A stretch of 64,000 bases of DNA from Eledone cirrhosa (GCA_964016885.1 OZ024749.1:13516001-13580000), one strand, 5' to 3'; shown: positions 15,296-29,821, numbered from the stretch's first letter. The notes: a model not told the origin generated them from the sequence alone. A program made the numbers and translations.

Positions 15296-15685
15296 CTAGG
15301 CGTTAATAAATAAAAGAATGATGACAAAGAAAAACAAACAGCAGAGATACGGTAGAAGTAAAAAAATAAAACGACCACTAAATTCAAAAACAAACAGAAG
15401 CCATTTTTGCTTGTTTTTATATTTTTCTTTATTTTATGGGGACTTGTATTTATTTTTGTTTTATGTTGTGTTTAATCCCTTTAAGTTAAAGTTGCGTAAC
15501 CTCCATTTGAAATAGTTGGCGGTTCTTTATGATAAAATACACAAAAGGCAGCCGACATGTTGAAGTTGAAATAGTTATGGCGGCCATTTTATGACTGACT
15601 AACTGATAATGGTGGTACTGATAGGAAGGAAGGAAGGAAGGAAGGAAGGAAGGAAGGAAGGAAGGAAAGAAAGAGAGAGAGAGAG

Positions 15686-15743
<58 letters not shown>

Positions 15744-15882
15744 GAGAGAAAGAAATAAAGAAAGAAAGAGAGAAAGAAAGAAGGAGAGAAAGAAAGAAAG
15801 AAAGGAAAATAAACAAATACAAAATAGGAGAGAATGAAAAACTGTTAGAGAAAGAAGAAAGAATCAAGAAGGAGAGGAAGGA

Positions 15883-15942
<60 letters not shown>

Positions 15943-16006
15943 AAAGATAGGTAGAAAGAAAGACAGAGAGGAAGAAAGAAAGAATGAAGGAAGGAAGGAA
16001 GGAAAT

Positions 16007-16056
<50 letters not shown>

Positions 16057-16549
16057 TGAAAGCAAGAAAGAAAGTTATATATAAGAAAGGGAAAGTTAGA
16101 GAAAGAGAAAGTTAGAGAGAGAAAGAGAAAGAGAGTGGAGAGGTTTCTATTTGTGATAACTCTGTAATGGCGGAATGGTGGGATGGTAGAATGGTGGGAT
16201 GGTGGAATGGTGGGATGGTGGAATGGTGGAATGGTGGGATGTAAGACAAACCAGAAAAGTTATAAAGACAAACCAGATTTAAATCTTCAAAGGATTTCTA
16301 ACTGGTTTCACTTTCGGACCTCCATTTTTTACTGGTATTAGTGGTGGTGGTGGTGGTGGTGATGGTGGTGATGGTGATGGTGGTGGTGGTGATGGTGGTG
16401 GTGGTGATGGTGGTGGTGATGGTGATGGTGGTGTGTATAGTGGTCTGGTAGCGGTGGTAGTAGAGGTTTTGTTGGTGGTTTGTCTGTAATGGTGATAATG
16501 GTGGTGAGTATATATATATATACAAATACACACACACACACACACACAT

Positions 16550-16605
<56 letters not shown>

Positions 16606-18278
16606 GTGCACACATACACATACATATATACATATATGTATGTATGTGATGTATATATATGTGAGTGTGTGCGTCTGTGTGAATGTGTGTGCGTGTATAT
16701 CAGAGTGTGTTGTGTGTGTGCGTGTGTTATACTTGTTTATATGTGTACGCACATGCAAATACATATGTGTATATATTACCTCCCACCTCTCACCTCCCAC
16801 CACTCACTTGTGTCTCTTTTCGTTTAACAATCGTGTAAGAGTTTGTAAGTTTTGTTTAAATGTCTGTTACTGTAGATGAAAGAGACGAAAACGTGTGTAG
16901 AGGGTATGTAGGAGGATGTAGAGAAAAGGGGGGGGGCTGGGGGTAGAAATGGGGGACTTTATAGAGATGATCGGCTGTTGATTAATTCTGTATTCTTTGT
17001 AAAGAATGAATAATGGAAACGAAATAAGTGTGATATTACAAAAGAACTGAAACAATATAAGATGAATAAGAAAGATGTGATTGTTTTTAATGTATTCCCC
17101 CTCTGCCTCCTTTGCCTCTTCCTCCGCCTCCACTTCCTTCTCTGCCTCCTCCTTCTCCTTCTCTGCCTCCTCCTCCTCACAGAAGTTCTTCCGTTTTGTT
17201 CTTAATCAGAAAGAGAAACTCCAGACACAAAGCTGTTCATATTTTGGAAGATGTCTAACATTTAAACGAACTTATGGTGAGGAGTCTGCCTCATCGTCAT
17301 CGTTATCGTCATCACCATGGTGATCATCATCATCCTCATCTTCATAATTGTCGTCGTCAACATCATTATCATCATCATCATCATCGCCACGCCATCACCA
17401 TCATCGTCATCACCATCATCATCGCCATTATTCGTCATCATCGTCAAAAAGAGAGAGAGAAATAGAGACAACGGAATGAAAGAAAGGAAGGAAGGAAGGA
17501 AGGAAGGAAGAAAGAGTGAGAGAGAGAGGGGGGGGGTGAAGAAAGAAAGAGACAGAAAAAAAGAGAGGGAGAAGATTCGATCCCAGTACTGGAGTGATAT
17601 TGATACTTTATTTATCGACTTCGGAAAAATGAAAGACAACACATTTGACAGTGAGCCTGATTGACACAGGACGTTAACAAGCACAGAGCACTGTATCCGA
17701 TGCTCTATCGACTCTGCCAGTTTGCCGTCGCCTTGCTCTACGGAGGATATTGATGCAAAACAACACAGCAGACATTTGACTGCAGATGTAACTGCAATAC
17801 AATGCACCATTCCTATGCACCAATGCACCATTGCTATGTAAATATAGCTGCAGCAGACCTCATCAATACATAACAGTGTCTATTAATGCACAGTCAGTAG
17901 TGTGGAACACTTGAGTTTTCACTCACACTCGGGGAACACTTGACCACTCACACACAGAAAGCATTTGACCCCATACACTCAGAGAGCTTTTGACCATTCA
18001 CACTTTGGGAAGAAGTGCACTCACACACCAGCAGCAGTTGCACTCATACCCAGAAAGCATTTGACCACTCACTCTCATAAAACAGTTTATTCTCACACTT
18101 ACAAAACTATTGAAATGTCTTCTACAGGACTAGAACTGTTTCATTGAAATAAGAGGGAAACAGGTTCTAGTCCCGTAGATGACATTTCTATATGAAATAA
18201 GTATATATCTTCGTAACTAATGTCTTGGGTGCTTTATATAACTGTGGTTTCTTCCCGACTCCATTCGGAAAATCATCC

Positions 18279-18310
<32 letters not shown>

Positions 18311-18317
<7 letters not shown>

Positions 18318-18960
18318 TAAAGTGGTCCTTCATCAGTGATCTTCCAACCATCATCGGTATTTCTTCGCTTTAAAGACCCTATACCTCCGGTAGGTGCGAG
18401 CAACGGCTTTAAGAAAGTCGTTGGGACATGTAAATAAAGGGAACAGCGAGAATGTAAACAAACAAAGATGGTGAAGCAACGAAAAGTGAGGAAGAGCGAG
18501 TCAAGTCAAAAAATCGTGAACGAGAGAGAATAAAGACCATCAAACCTGGTTGAAATGTGAGCAAGGAAGGAATTTTGCACAGGTCTAACGGGAGGAAGAA
18601 GGGGTCTGGTCTGTGAATTCGGTAAACATAAGTTCTGTGAAATCGTAGACGAGAGAGAGAAAAAATGCCGACCGGCCTGGCCAAGCGTGCGAAAGAAAAG
18701 AATTACGCACAGGTCAAACGGGAAGGAGGAGGAGGAGGAGAGGTAGTAACAGAGAGTGAGTGAGTGAAGGGTGAGGAAGAGGCTAACAGAGAGAGTGACT
18801 GTTAGAGAGGGTAAAGATACAGAGAAAGAGGAAGCAGTAAGAACGAAAAAGACGGGTCACAGTGGGGGAAAAAATATGTGTAAATATGAGAATAAACGTG
18901 CTGCAGGGTTGCTAATGGGTTACATATGAATAAAGTGGTCCTTCATCAGTGATCTTCCAA

Positions 18961-18963
<3 letters not shown>
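18311..18963. mobile_element. ~613-nt non-coding element with a 40-bp terminal direct redundancy, flanked by (TA)n
   Basis: 18311-18350 is repeated at 18924-18963; homologous to 39778-40643 and 30898-31092. Confidence 0.85.
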
Positions 18964-18995
<32 letters not shown>

Positions 18996-19048
18996 CAGGA
19001 AAGAAGAGTGACACAGTTTGCTATACAAAAAAGGTTTTTAATCTCATT

Positions 19049-19154
19049 GCTGACCATTGTTTCTCTGAACTGGTAGGTCTAGAGATCGCTACCCGCTTAT
19101 TTTCACGTTACTCGATCACCAATACAAAGTTATAACCAGTCAATTCATCGGAGC
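19049..19154 (-). ncRNA. Hammerhead ribozyme, U4C variant with long stem II
   Basis: Minus strand: gct CCGATGA attgactggt...accagttcaga GAAAC aatg GTC agc. Confidence 0.65.
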
Positions 19155-19236
19155 TTGTGAGATATCATCCACTACCCGGAGTACCATAACTGGACTACAC
19201 CTAAGTGGACTACCTATAACAATAATTTGTTACCCC

Positions 19237-19314
<78 letters not shown>

Positions 19315-19641
19315 ATATATTTATATATATAATATATATAAAGTATATACATATAATCAGTTTTTGTGGAAGCCAAATCGTTATGTTTATGACGCAAAAA
19401 ACACATAAACACAGACACACGAAAACACTCATGCACACACGCGCGCATATATATGTGTGTGTATGTGTATATATATGTATGTGTGTGTGTTTGTAAATAT
19501 ATATATATGTATATATATCTATGTGTATGTATGTATATATATATATATTTATTAAAATAATCTCTACGGTTCTTATATATTTGATATATATTTATCCTTA
19601 TCGAGCCCTCTTTGGATTTTAGTCTTCAAATTTATTATTTT

Positions 19642-19727
<86 letters not shown>

Positions 19728-19741
19728 ATATATATATATCC

Positions 19742-19837
<96 letters not shown>

Positions 19838-19839
19838 CC

Positions 19840-19889
<50 letters not shown>

Positions 19890-19891
19890 CC

Positions 19892-19954
<63 letters not shown>

Positions 19955-19955
19955 A

Positions 19956-20006
<51 letters not shown>

Positions 20007-20019
20007 AATATATATATAC

Positions 20020-20087
<68 letters not shown>

Positions 20088-20089
<2 letters not shown>

Positions 20090-20225
20090 GAAGGATTCAG
20101 GACCCCGACGGCTGAGCTCCTGCCGTTTCAAAAGCTGTTTCCGTCGGGGTACCGGATCCTTCATATTACCACACTCTACTACCCCAATTATCGAGTACTC
20201 AGGTGAGCAATTGGTCTAACAGGTT
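20088..20225. mobile_element. Fold-back relic containing the 3' half of a hammerhead
   Basis: Arms ATGAAGGATTCAGGACCCCGACGG / CCGTCGGGGTACCGGATCCTTCAT; the minus strand reads GAAACGGC aggagctca GCCGTC; followed by the ACTCTAC...ATCGAGTAC motif. Confidence 0.65.
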
Positions 20226-20300
20226 TTTACTCCATCCAATCTGATATATATATATATATATATACATACATATATATATACATATATATATATATATTTA

Positions 20301-20355
<55 letters not shown>

Positions 20356-20580
20356 GCGTGTGTGCGTGAGTGTTTTCGTGTGTATATATGCGTGTGTCTG
20401 TGTATATGTGTTTTTTGCGTCATAAACAGAACGATTTGGCTTCCACAAAAACTGATCGATGGATTAAGTAACAGGGCTACAAAAAAAAACGACGGGGATA
20501 TGTCTGTACGGTATGATAAACCCTTGAAAGCTGTGCCCTAGCATGGCCGCAGTCTAGTGATACATGTAGAAATGTAACAG

Positions 20581-20765
20581 AATAATTGTTTCTACCTTTG
20601 GCACAAGGCCATCAATTATGCCAGTATATTACTGGTACTTTATTTTATCGACCCCGTAAGGATGAAAGGCAAAGTTAACCACGACGGGATTTGAACTCAG
20701 AATAGCAAGGGCCGTAACTCTATGCGTTAAAGCATGGCGTCCGACCCTCTACCGATACTGCCAAT
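20581..20765 (-). mobile_element. tRNA-derived SINE copy
   Basis: Same consensus as 13236. Confidence 0.88.
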
Positions 20766-21188
20766 AATGATATATAAGATGAATGGCTGAGAGAAATGGA
20801 GGAGAGACAGTCCTCTATCTCTACACCCCTTACGTCCTTATTGGGAACTTTTTACCCCCGTAAAACCTAAGTATTTGACATAAAGGTATTTGAAGTGGTT
20901 ATTAGAGAGGGTGGGGCTGGGCGGGGGCTTCCTTGGTTAGAGAATAAGAATCTGAAGGGTGGGGGGGGGTGAAGGGAAGAGAGCTTGGAGGGTTTATTGG
21001 GGGGTCCTTGATTAGAGAATGAGGACCTGGAGGTTTGTTGTGGGGTGGAAAAGAGAGCTTGTGCGGCGGGGGCTTTTGTGAGGAGAGGGAAGGGTGTTCT
21101 TGATAAGAGAATGAGGTGGTGTGGGCGAGTTCAGTTGTTATTTACGATGTAACAGTTGTTGAATGTTACTAAGTCCTCGGTGGGTGGG

Positions 21189-21238
<50 letters not shown>

Positions 21239-21262
21239 GCACACACTAGAAAGATAAATAAT

Positions 21263-21293
<31 letters not shown>

Positions 21294-22010
21294 TGAGAGA
21301 GAAAGAGAGAGAGAGACAGAGACTGGGAGAGAAAGAGGTGGAGAGAAAAAGAGAGAGAAAGTGTGTATGTGTAAGTGTGTGTGTATGTGTGTGTGTATGT
21401 GTGTCTGTGTGTATATGCGTATGCGTGTGCGTGTGCGTGTAGGAAGCGAGAAAGTGGGCATGTGTGTGTGTGTCTGTGGGTGCATGTATGTAAGTGTGTG
21501 TGTATGTGTGTGTATGTGTGAATGTGTCTGTATGTGTGCGCATGTGTGTGTATATATGTGTGTGTGCATGTGTGGGTGTTTGTGTGTGTTTGTGTATGTA
21601 TGTGTTTGTGTGTGTATGTATGTGAGTGTGTATGTGTGTGTATGTGTGTGTATGTAGAGTGCATTTAAATGTCAGTAGATCTAAATTTTAGGACGGTACA
21701 AATAAAATATAAACGTTAAGATAGGATAGCAGACGTGGTGGTGTTCCACATACACACACACACATACACACACATACACACACACACACACATATATATA
21801 TATACATACACACACACACACACACACACATACACACACACACACCATATACACACATACACACGCATACACACATACATACACATACATATACACACGC
21901 ATACACACACACACACACACACGCACATACACACACATACACACACATATATATATATATATATATACATACACACACACACGCACATACATATATATAC
22001 ATACACACAG

Positions 22011-22049
<39 letters not shown>

Positions 22050-22164
22050 TATACACACATACAGACGCACACACAGACACACACGCACATATATATATAT
22101 ATATATATTTATACACATACACACACAGACACACACACATACACACATACACACATATATATAC

Positions 22165-22780
22165 TAATTATTGTTTCTACTTTTGGCAGAAGGCCAGCAA
22201 ACACCAGTATATTACTGGTACTTTATTTTATCGACCCCGTAAGGATGAAAGGCAAAGTTAACCTCGGCTGGATTTGAACTCAGATTCGAAAGGGCCGTAA
22301 CTCTATGCATCAAAGCATGGCGTCCGATCCTCTAACGATACTGCCAATCCAATGGTTTCTTATATAGGCACAAGGCCTGCATATTTTGGAGGAGGGGGAA
22401 GTCGATTAAATCGCCCCCAGTGCATCAATGGTACTTTATTTTATCGACCCTGTAAGGATGAAAGGCAAAGTTAACTTTGGCGGGATTTGAACTCAGATCA
22501 TAAAGGGCCGTGACTCTATGCTGCAAAGCCTGGTGTCCGACCCTCTACTGATATTGCCAATCCACCGCCCTCATATATATATACTAATAATTGTTTCTAC
22601 TTTTGGCAGAAGGCCAGCAAACACCAGTATATTACTGCTACTTTATTTTATCGACCCCATAAGGATGAAAGGCAAAGTTAACCTCGGCGAGATTTGAACT
22701 CAGAATGGCAAGGGGCGTAACTCTATGCGTCAAAGTTACGCCCCTTGCCATTCTGAGTTCAAATCTCGCCGAGGTTAACT
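22165..22780 (-). mobile_element. Three tandem SINE copies; the third ends in a perfect fold-back
   Basis: Copies at about 22165, 22352 and 22585; hairpin at 22676-22780. Confidence 0.88.
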
Positions 22781-22815
22781 GTCATTTATTGGCCACAAGG
22801 GCCGATATATATACT

Positions 22816-22873
<58 letters not shown>

Positions 22874-23023
22874 GTATATATATATATATATATCCGTATG
22901 TGGTTTACGGTTGAGAGAAAGGAGTACTCAATACTAAAGTAGAGTTTTAATATTAATTTAAGTTTGAATAGTGAGTCTTCTTTCGCCTGTGTATCACGGG
23001 ATGACTCTGTGGTGGTAGTAGTG

Positions 23024-23083
<60 letters not shown>

Positions 23084-23231
23084 ATGGTGGTAGAGGTGGT
23101 GGTAGAGGTGGTGAGTATAGTTAACTAAACAACTACTTTAGGGTACACACCTCATGTATATAATGGAAAATGAAATTGGATGGCCCATATATACGTGTGT
23201 TTGTGTGTATGTGTGTGTGTGTATGTGTATA

Positions 23232-23357
<126 letters not shown>

Positions 23358-23582
23358 TGTCTTTCAATCTGATCTCTCACAACCACACTTTCTTTCTCAC
23401 TATCTTTCTCTCTCTCTATTTATGAAGGTACCCGGAAAACCCTCGTATCTTGGGAACCCGTGCTCCGATTTACGTGAAACTTGGTTTAATTCATTTGTAT
23501 TCCCATTTCAGGGACAACTTCCTTTCAAAGTATTTTCCCATTATGCACCGTTTTGGCTGTATTAAATTACAGACAAGCGAGA

Positions 23583-23768
23583 TGGATTGGCAGTATCGGT
23601 AGAGGGTCGGACGCCATGCTTTGCAGCAAAGAGTTACGGCCCTTTATGGTCTGAGTTCAAATCCCGCCGAGGTTAACTTTGCCTTTCATCCTTACGGGGT
23701 CGATAAAATAAAGTACCAGTGATGCACTGGGATAATTGCTGGCCTTGTGCCAAAAGTAGAAACAATTA
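23583..23768 (+). mobile_element. tRNA-derived SINE copy
   Basis: TGGATTGGCAGTATCGGTAGAG ... GAGTTCAAATCCC ... AGTAGAAACAATT. Confidence 0.9.
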
Positions 23769-23808
23769 AATTACCGACAAGCACACTATCACAGAGTTTT
23801 AGTAGTAT

Positions 23809-23969
23809 ATAGAAATAGAAGCTTTCGTCGTATTTTGCTAAGAAAATTAGCCTTATAGTGGGGTTTAAAACCCTCTAAATGGAAAAGAATGATTCCATCT
23901 AAAGGGTTTTAAAACCCACTATCAGGCTAATTTCTTTAGTCAAAATACGGCGAAAGCTTCTATTTCTAT
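23809..23969. repeat. ~160-bp near-perfect palindrome (MITE-like or fold-back)
   Basis: ATAGAAATAGAAGCTTTCGTCGTATTTTG...ATGGAA aagaatga TTCCAT...CAAAATACGGCGAAAGCTTCTATTTCTAT. Confidence 0.85.
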
Positions 23970-24276
23970 TAAATTTCAAATATATAATAATTTCCTGAGA
24001 TCTGTAAATAAATCACTGAACATTTTTGCCATGTAGAAATATCTGGAACGGTAGATTGGGTCGTAGGCGTTATGACCTGTCACATGATTAGTCAAGGGTA
24101 TGTTTTGACTGTGTAGCAGAAAATGCAGACTTGGTAATTTTTGTTATTGTTGTCAGTGTAAAAATCTTAGGCTCGTCATCTTATCTTCCTGCAAGATGAA
24201 ATTATTTCATTTGGGAGAATGGGGCGCATAGCTGGAAGAACAGGCCTACAATGGCTAAATACATTATCATATTTCC

Positions 24277-24324
24277 TGTAGCATGAAGAAATCGGAATAT
24301 TTATCGGCTGAAACCGGTACTATA
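24277..24324 (+). ncRNA. Degenerate hammerhead (extra base in the core)
   Basis: tgtag CATGAAGA aatcgg...tcggct GAAAC cg GTA ctata. Confidence 0.5.
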
Positions 24325-24438
24325 AATTACTTTTAAAAATTGACTTGCTGTTCTATGAGAACATCCTATTAGCATTTTCTACATTATTTTTCTTATTTTT
24401 CTAATATATATCGACTCGTGTGTCACTTCTCAACATTC

Positions 24439-24519
<81 letters not shown>

Positions 24520-24565
24520 GTATATATGTATGTATGTATATATATATATATATATAAAGAGAGAT

Positions 24566-24635
<70 letters not shown>

Positions 24636-25005
24636 AATAACAAAATAAGTTGCAGATCTTTAAAGATTGAATTTTGCAATAATTTTAAGAGTGGGCAGTG
24701 TTCATTAATAAGAAGAGATTCCTTATATCTATATAAGGTGTTTAGATGATTAGTCACAAACGAGGAACCAGACATCTGTTTATTGTTATCAATGTTGTTG
24801 TTGCGGCTGTAGATAATGTTGTTGTGGCTGTGGTGATTGTACATCGTCGTGCCCCAATTTCTGATCTTCATCCTTTCCCTCTCATTCACCTTACACGCAA
24901 ACCCCACACAAACACTCTACTCTCTCCCTCTCTCTCTATCTATCTCTCTCACGCTTTTTCTATCTCACTCTATATATATATATCTGTTTGCCCCCCTCTC
25001 TCTCT

Positions 25006-25118
<113 letters not shown>

Positions 25119-25192
25119 AAATCAAGGTTTAGCAAATAGAGAAAAAGTTTTTTTAAATAAACTTTTTAAAGTTCGCTGTACTTACTATATTT

Positions 25193-25276
25193 ACCCTTAC
25201 CGCGCGGTTTCAAATCCCAAAATAAATGGATAATCCAGGTGGACCACCATTGAGAAGGGGATTCTCGTCAGAAGGT
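25193..25276 (-). ncRNA. Type I hammerhead ribozyme (family A relative)
   Basis: Minus strand: acctt CTGACGA gaatccc...gggattt GAAAC cgcgc GGTA agggt; the flank shares CCACTARAAATAGCAGC with the 5563 element. Confidence 0.85.
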
Positions 25277-25704
25277 TCTCGCTCGGAGAATATAAAATTC
25301 CCGAGTTCAAATCACAGACTGGCGCCATACAAAACTGTTCCCAGATGAGAGTGAATGAGGAAGGGACCAATTCAGTCTAGTGCCGTGTGTAAAGACAGAA
25401 GGCAAGGGAGGGCAGGCCAATGTCCTCCCACTAGAAATAGCAGCAGTTCAAACGAGCAAACTGTTATCTCTAGCTTAGGGGAGATTAATAATAATAAAGT
25501 ATGTGTTCCTACGTGTAAAAAATACATATAGGGATACAAGTATTATCCAACCGTATGCCATATATATATATATATATCAGGATAAAACCAGTATTACATT
25601 AGACCATTACGCAACAGAGTACTCGATAATTGGGACAGTAGAGTGTGACTATATTAGTTTCGAGGCTTGACGGCTGAACTCTTGCCGTTTCAACAGTTAG
25701 TTCC

Positions 25705-25736
<32 letters not shown>

Positions 25737-25899
25737 AAGAAAATTTCGCTCTACATGGCTGAATACAATAAATGTAATCTGAGTTTTTCGAATATTAATA
25801 ACATTCGATTTGTTTGCAATTATACAAACAAGCCTCACTTTTATAGCCATGTCAGTATAATGAACACTTCATTCTTGCTCTTGTGTTGGCATGCGAATA

Positions 25900-25949
25900 G
25901 AACTGCAGACACTAATGTTTCTGGATATCACCCTTCATCAGTACAGTTC
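25900..25949 (-). ncRNA. Type I hammerhead ribozyme
   Basis: Minus strand: gaactgta CTGATGA agggtgatatcca GAAAC attagt GTC tgcagttc; 8-bp stem I. Confidence 0.85.
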
Positions 25950-26260
25950 ACTGTTCACCTGCCAAACTATCAGAGCTAGTGAAAATATATGCTATTTTCA
26001 AAAATACACAGTGGCTGATCGGCCTGATTTGCATATCAGCAGACTGGCCAGTCAGTTTCCTGTATACCAGTCATGTATTGGTTTTCATTCTACTTCTATA
26101 TGTCTTCCTCTCTCTCTATCTTTCTCTTTCTCTCTCTCTCATGCTCTCTCTCTCCCACTCGCTCTCTCTGTCTTCCTCTCTGTCTTCCTCTCCCACTCTC
26201 TCTCTCCCACTCTCTCTCTCCCACTCTCTCTCTCCCACTCTCTATCTATCTCTATCTCTG

Positions 26261-26337
<77 letters not shown>

Positions 26338-26449
26338 TCTCTCTCTCTGTCTTCCTCTCTGTCTTCCTCTCTCCCTCCCTCTCTCTCTCCCACTCTCTCT
26401 CTCACGCTCTCTCTTTCCCACTCTCCCTCTCTCTATCGTCCTCTCTCTC

Positions 26450-26485
<36 letters not shown>

Positions 26486-26834
26486 GCTCTCTCACTATCA
26501 AAATGCCAAAGACACGACCAACGGCGCCACTACGACTCCATCAGGATTTACGGGTTCATATATGTGTATATATATGTACACACACACATACATAGGTATA
26601 TATACATATATATATTCTTTTATATATGTACGTATTTCCTTGTTTCTAATGAGAGACACACTAATCTTTGTCCTAATTACACAGACTTGGGAGTATGTCT
26701 AGTTTTTACTTATCTTGTAATACATGTATACACACACATGCATACATACACACATTATATTTATATATATACATTATATATATATATGCGTGTGTGTGTA
26801 TACAAATATGCACATATAGATACATATATACACA

Positions 26835-26926
<92 letters not shown>

Positions 26927-27019
26927 TGTGTACACAAATACGCATACACTCATTTAGTGTATGCCTATTTGTTTCGTATACTTCTTCTTCTTCTTATTAT
27001 TATTATTATTATTCTTCTG

Positions 27020-27065
<46 letters not shown>

Positions 27066-27397
27066 CATTACATTATCTAAGATAACCCACTCTCCTCTCT
27101 TCCTCACCCACCTACGCACCATCTTCCTGTTGAAAGACAACTAAACGTATCGGTTTATAAATAGCCACACTCTCTCTCAGGGCACCCACCCCACACTCCC
27201 TCTCAGGGCACCCACCCCACCACCCTAACTGTGCCCCACCCTCAGCTGACCCCTTTCTATCCCACCCTTCCCTCCTCAAATAGTAAACAGATGCCTTCGC
27301 TCCCGGCACTTGCCCCCTCCCCTCTATTATCATCACATTTCTTACTACACCACCACCATCTCCCTTGGAACATCTACGTGGGTGCCAGACCAGCCAG

Positions 27398-27451
<54 letters not shown>

Positions 27452-27743
27452 TAAAAATAACAGTCAAATCTGCCTCAAATTTCACCATACCAGTTTTGAG
27501 ACGTGTGGATCACGGTGGGATCGACTTTTAGGGAAAAGCTTCAGCAGTAACAACACCAAAAGCAGATAATGAGATCACAGGTCCTCCGTCGGTTTTCACG
27601 ATGAACATTCCAATATGTAACGACGTTTAACCTTTGAATTACTACTATAATTGATTCAATGGGCTTCCATACTGTATCTGTCTGCCAAATTTCGCTCACA
27701 ATTATTGTGTCGAGCCGAGGCTGTGACAAAAGACACGTGTACA

Positions 27744-27940
27744 TACTGGGAGGTGCTGAAAAGTCCTTAGTTGATCGCTGCTACAGAGGCCTGGTTGGAG
27801 ACCAACCTTCTGAGTTCTTTTTAGAAAAACTGAAGGACCGCTGCGTAAATCTGAGAGGGGAATATGTTCAATAAAATCATAATTAACTGAAACTCCTGTA
27901 TTTTCTCTTACCCAAAGTCAGAAACTTTTCAGCAAGCCCA
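27744..27940. mobile_element. Tc1/mariner-type MITE relic
   Basis: Imperfect TIRs GGGAGGTGCTGAAAAGT ... ACTTTTCAGCAAGCCC, starting after TA. Confidence 0.5.
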
Positions 27941-27977
27941 TCTCTCTCTCTCTGTCTCTGTCTCTCTCTCTCTCTCA

Positions 27978-28121
<144 letters not shown>

Positions 28122-28286
28122 TGTACTTGTTTATTTCCGTATATGATGCTTTATTTTTATTTTTATTTTTATTTTTATTTTTATTTTTATTTTTATTTTT
28201 AATTTCATTCGCACCGTTTTCTTTCGCTATATGTCTCTCCACCACTCCCCTACACACCCTTTGAACTCTGTTCCCACACACTTCTC

Positions 28287-28318
28287 ACCCGAGGAAGGGC
28301 TTATGCCCGAAACGTCGT
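28287..28318 (+). ncRNA. Minimal Penelope-type hammerhead (U4C core, no stem III loop)
   Basis: ac CCGAGGA a GGGC ttat GCCC GAAAC GTC gt; AATAAA follows about 40 nt later; the 3' part of this family recurs reversed at 31168-31255. Confidence 0.6.
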
Positions 28319-28430
28319 TCCCCACCACCACCCCACTCTCCAGAGCGTGAAATTAATAAACATCCGTTGTACTGCCTCTCTGTTTTGTTCCTGTTCAAAT
28401 TTTTCCATTATATATATATATAATTAATAC

Positions 28431-29589
28431 AAAGCTAAACTCTGACTGGTAACCATCTCACTCAACAAACATTAGGTTATATTAAAATATAAACCCAATT
28501 TAAGTGTTTGGGGTGCTAACAATATGTATAATGTGGAAAAACCAGTTGTATTATTTTATGAGATATAATTAAAGTTAAAGTATATCTCTCTTTCCAAACA
28601 ATTGTTTCATTATAAGTTTTCTACAAGTTTGGGAGAATGTTTCCAGTTTATGTAGAAGCCTAATATATATTCATGTAAGAATAGATTTAGGTGGGCACTT
28701 ATAAATCGTCAGTGGAAGCCCATTAAACATTGATATAAGAAAACAATTTCTTACCGCTGTCAAAAATCATGTCCGTAAAGTTGGTCTCCCTCACCACGAA
28801 TGACCGCTAAATTTGAAATTCCAGCAGTTTTTGACTGAGGAAGTATCATAGCGACACGAAGCGGGAAGGGGAGACAACCCACGAAATGAGGAAAAAAATA
28901 ATAATATACACGCGGGTTAATTAGTTTTTTTGAAAACATTATCAATCCAACGTGTTTAAGAACTCAATTGAAAATAAAAAAATAAATATATGCTTGTATA
29001 AATTACACACGCATATAGATATTTTCTTAGGCTAAATCAGAAGTTGTACCCGAATAAGAACCGCTTCTCATAACCGCAGTAAATGCAGAAAGTTATGCTA
29101 TAAAGGGCAAATGGGAATATAATTCTCCGGCCGAATTATTAAGAGTAAAATATAAAACACACGCGGGTTAAATAGTTATTTCAAAACCAATATTAATTCC
29201 TCGTGTAAAGAACTCAATTAATAAAAGAAAATAAATACATATATGGATGTAATTATATACGTAGGCATATATATATATTTTCCTAGGCTAAAAAACAGAG
29301 AAGTTACAACCAAAAAAAAGCCACAATATTTCACAACAGTAATAAATACGGAAAGTCAAATTCATAAGGTACCTGGAAATAAACAGCTCTGGCCATTCAA
29401 GAGTAAATATTTAATACAATAACAGAGATAGTTTAAAGCTAAACTCTGACTGGTAACCATCTCACTCAACAAACATTAGGTTATATTAAAATATAAACCC
29501 AATTTAAGTGTTTGGGGTGCTAACAATATGTATAATGTGGAAAAACCAGTTGTATTATTTTATGAGATATAATTTAAGTTAAAGTATAT
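28431..29589 (-). mobile_element. ~1004-nt monomer plus 155-bp terminal direct redundancy, HHR-bearing, non-coding
   Basis: 28431-28585 matches 29435-29589; internal ~250-bp diverged duplication; flanked by TA. Confidence 0.85.
28592..28717 (-). ncRNA. Hammerhead ribozyme with ~100-nt stem II
   Basis: Minus strand: ttcca CTGACGA t ttataagt...acttataa t GAAAC aatt GTT tggaa. Confidence 0.8.
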
Positions 29590-29617
29590 ATATATATAAT
29601 CGTCTCTTTCTCCCTGT

Positions 29618-29648
<31 letters not shown>

Positions 29649-29706
29649 AGCAAGTGTTACACCAAGAAAAATAAAACGTCGGCGTGAAGAGATTATGAAT
29701 TTATTT

Positions 29707-29821
29707 GCTTTGACATATGTTTTTATGTCTATTATAATACAGTGTCTACATATGCTGACTACAATATATATTGGTCAATCATATGCAATACTTAATCATT
29801 TACTACACTTCATTAGAAAGC
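29707..29821 (-). ncRNA. Decayed hammerhead (G5A and G12A)
   Basis: Minus strand: gcttt CTAATGA agtgt...acata AAAAC atat GTC aaagc, then AATAAA. Confidence 0.55.

Noticed and set aside
23583-23768. tRNA gene, from A and B boxes
   Set aside because: It is the tRNA-derived head of a multi-copy SINE, continuous with the SINE core
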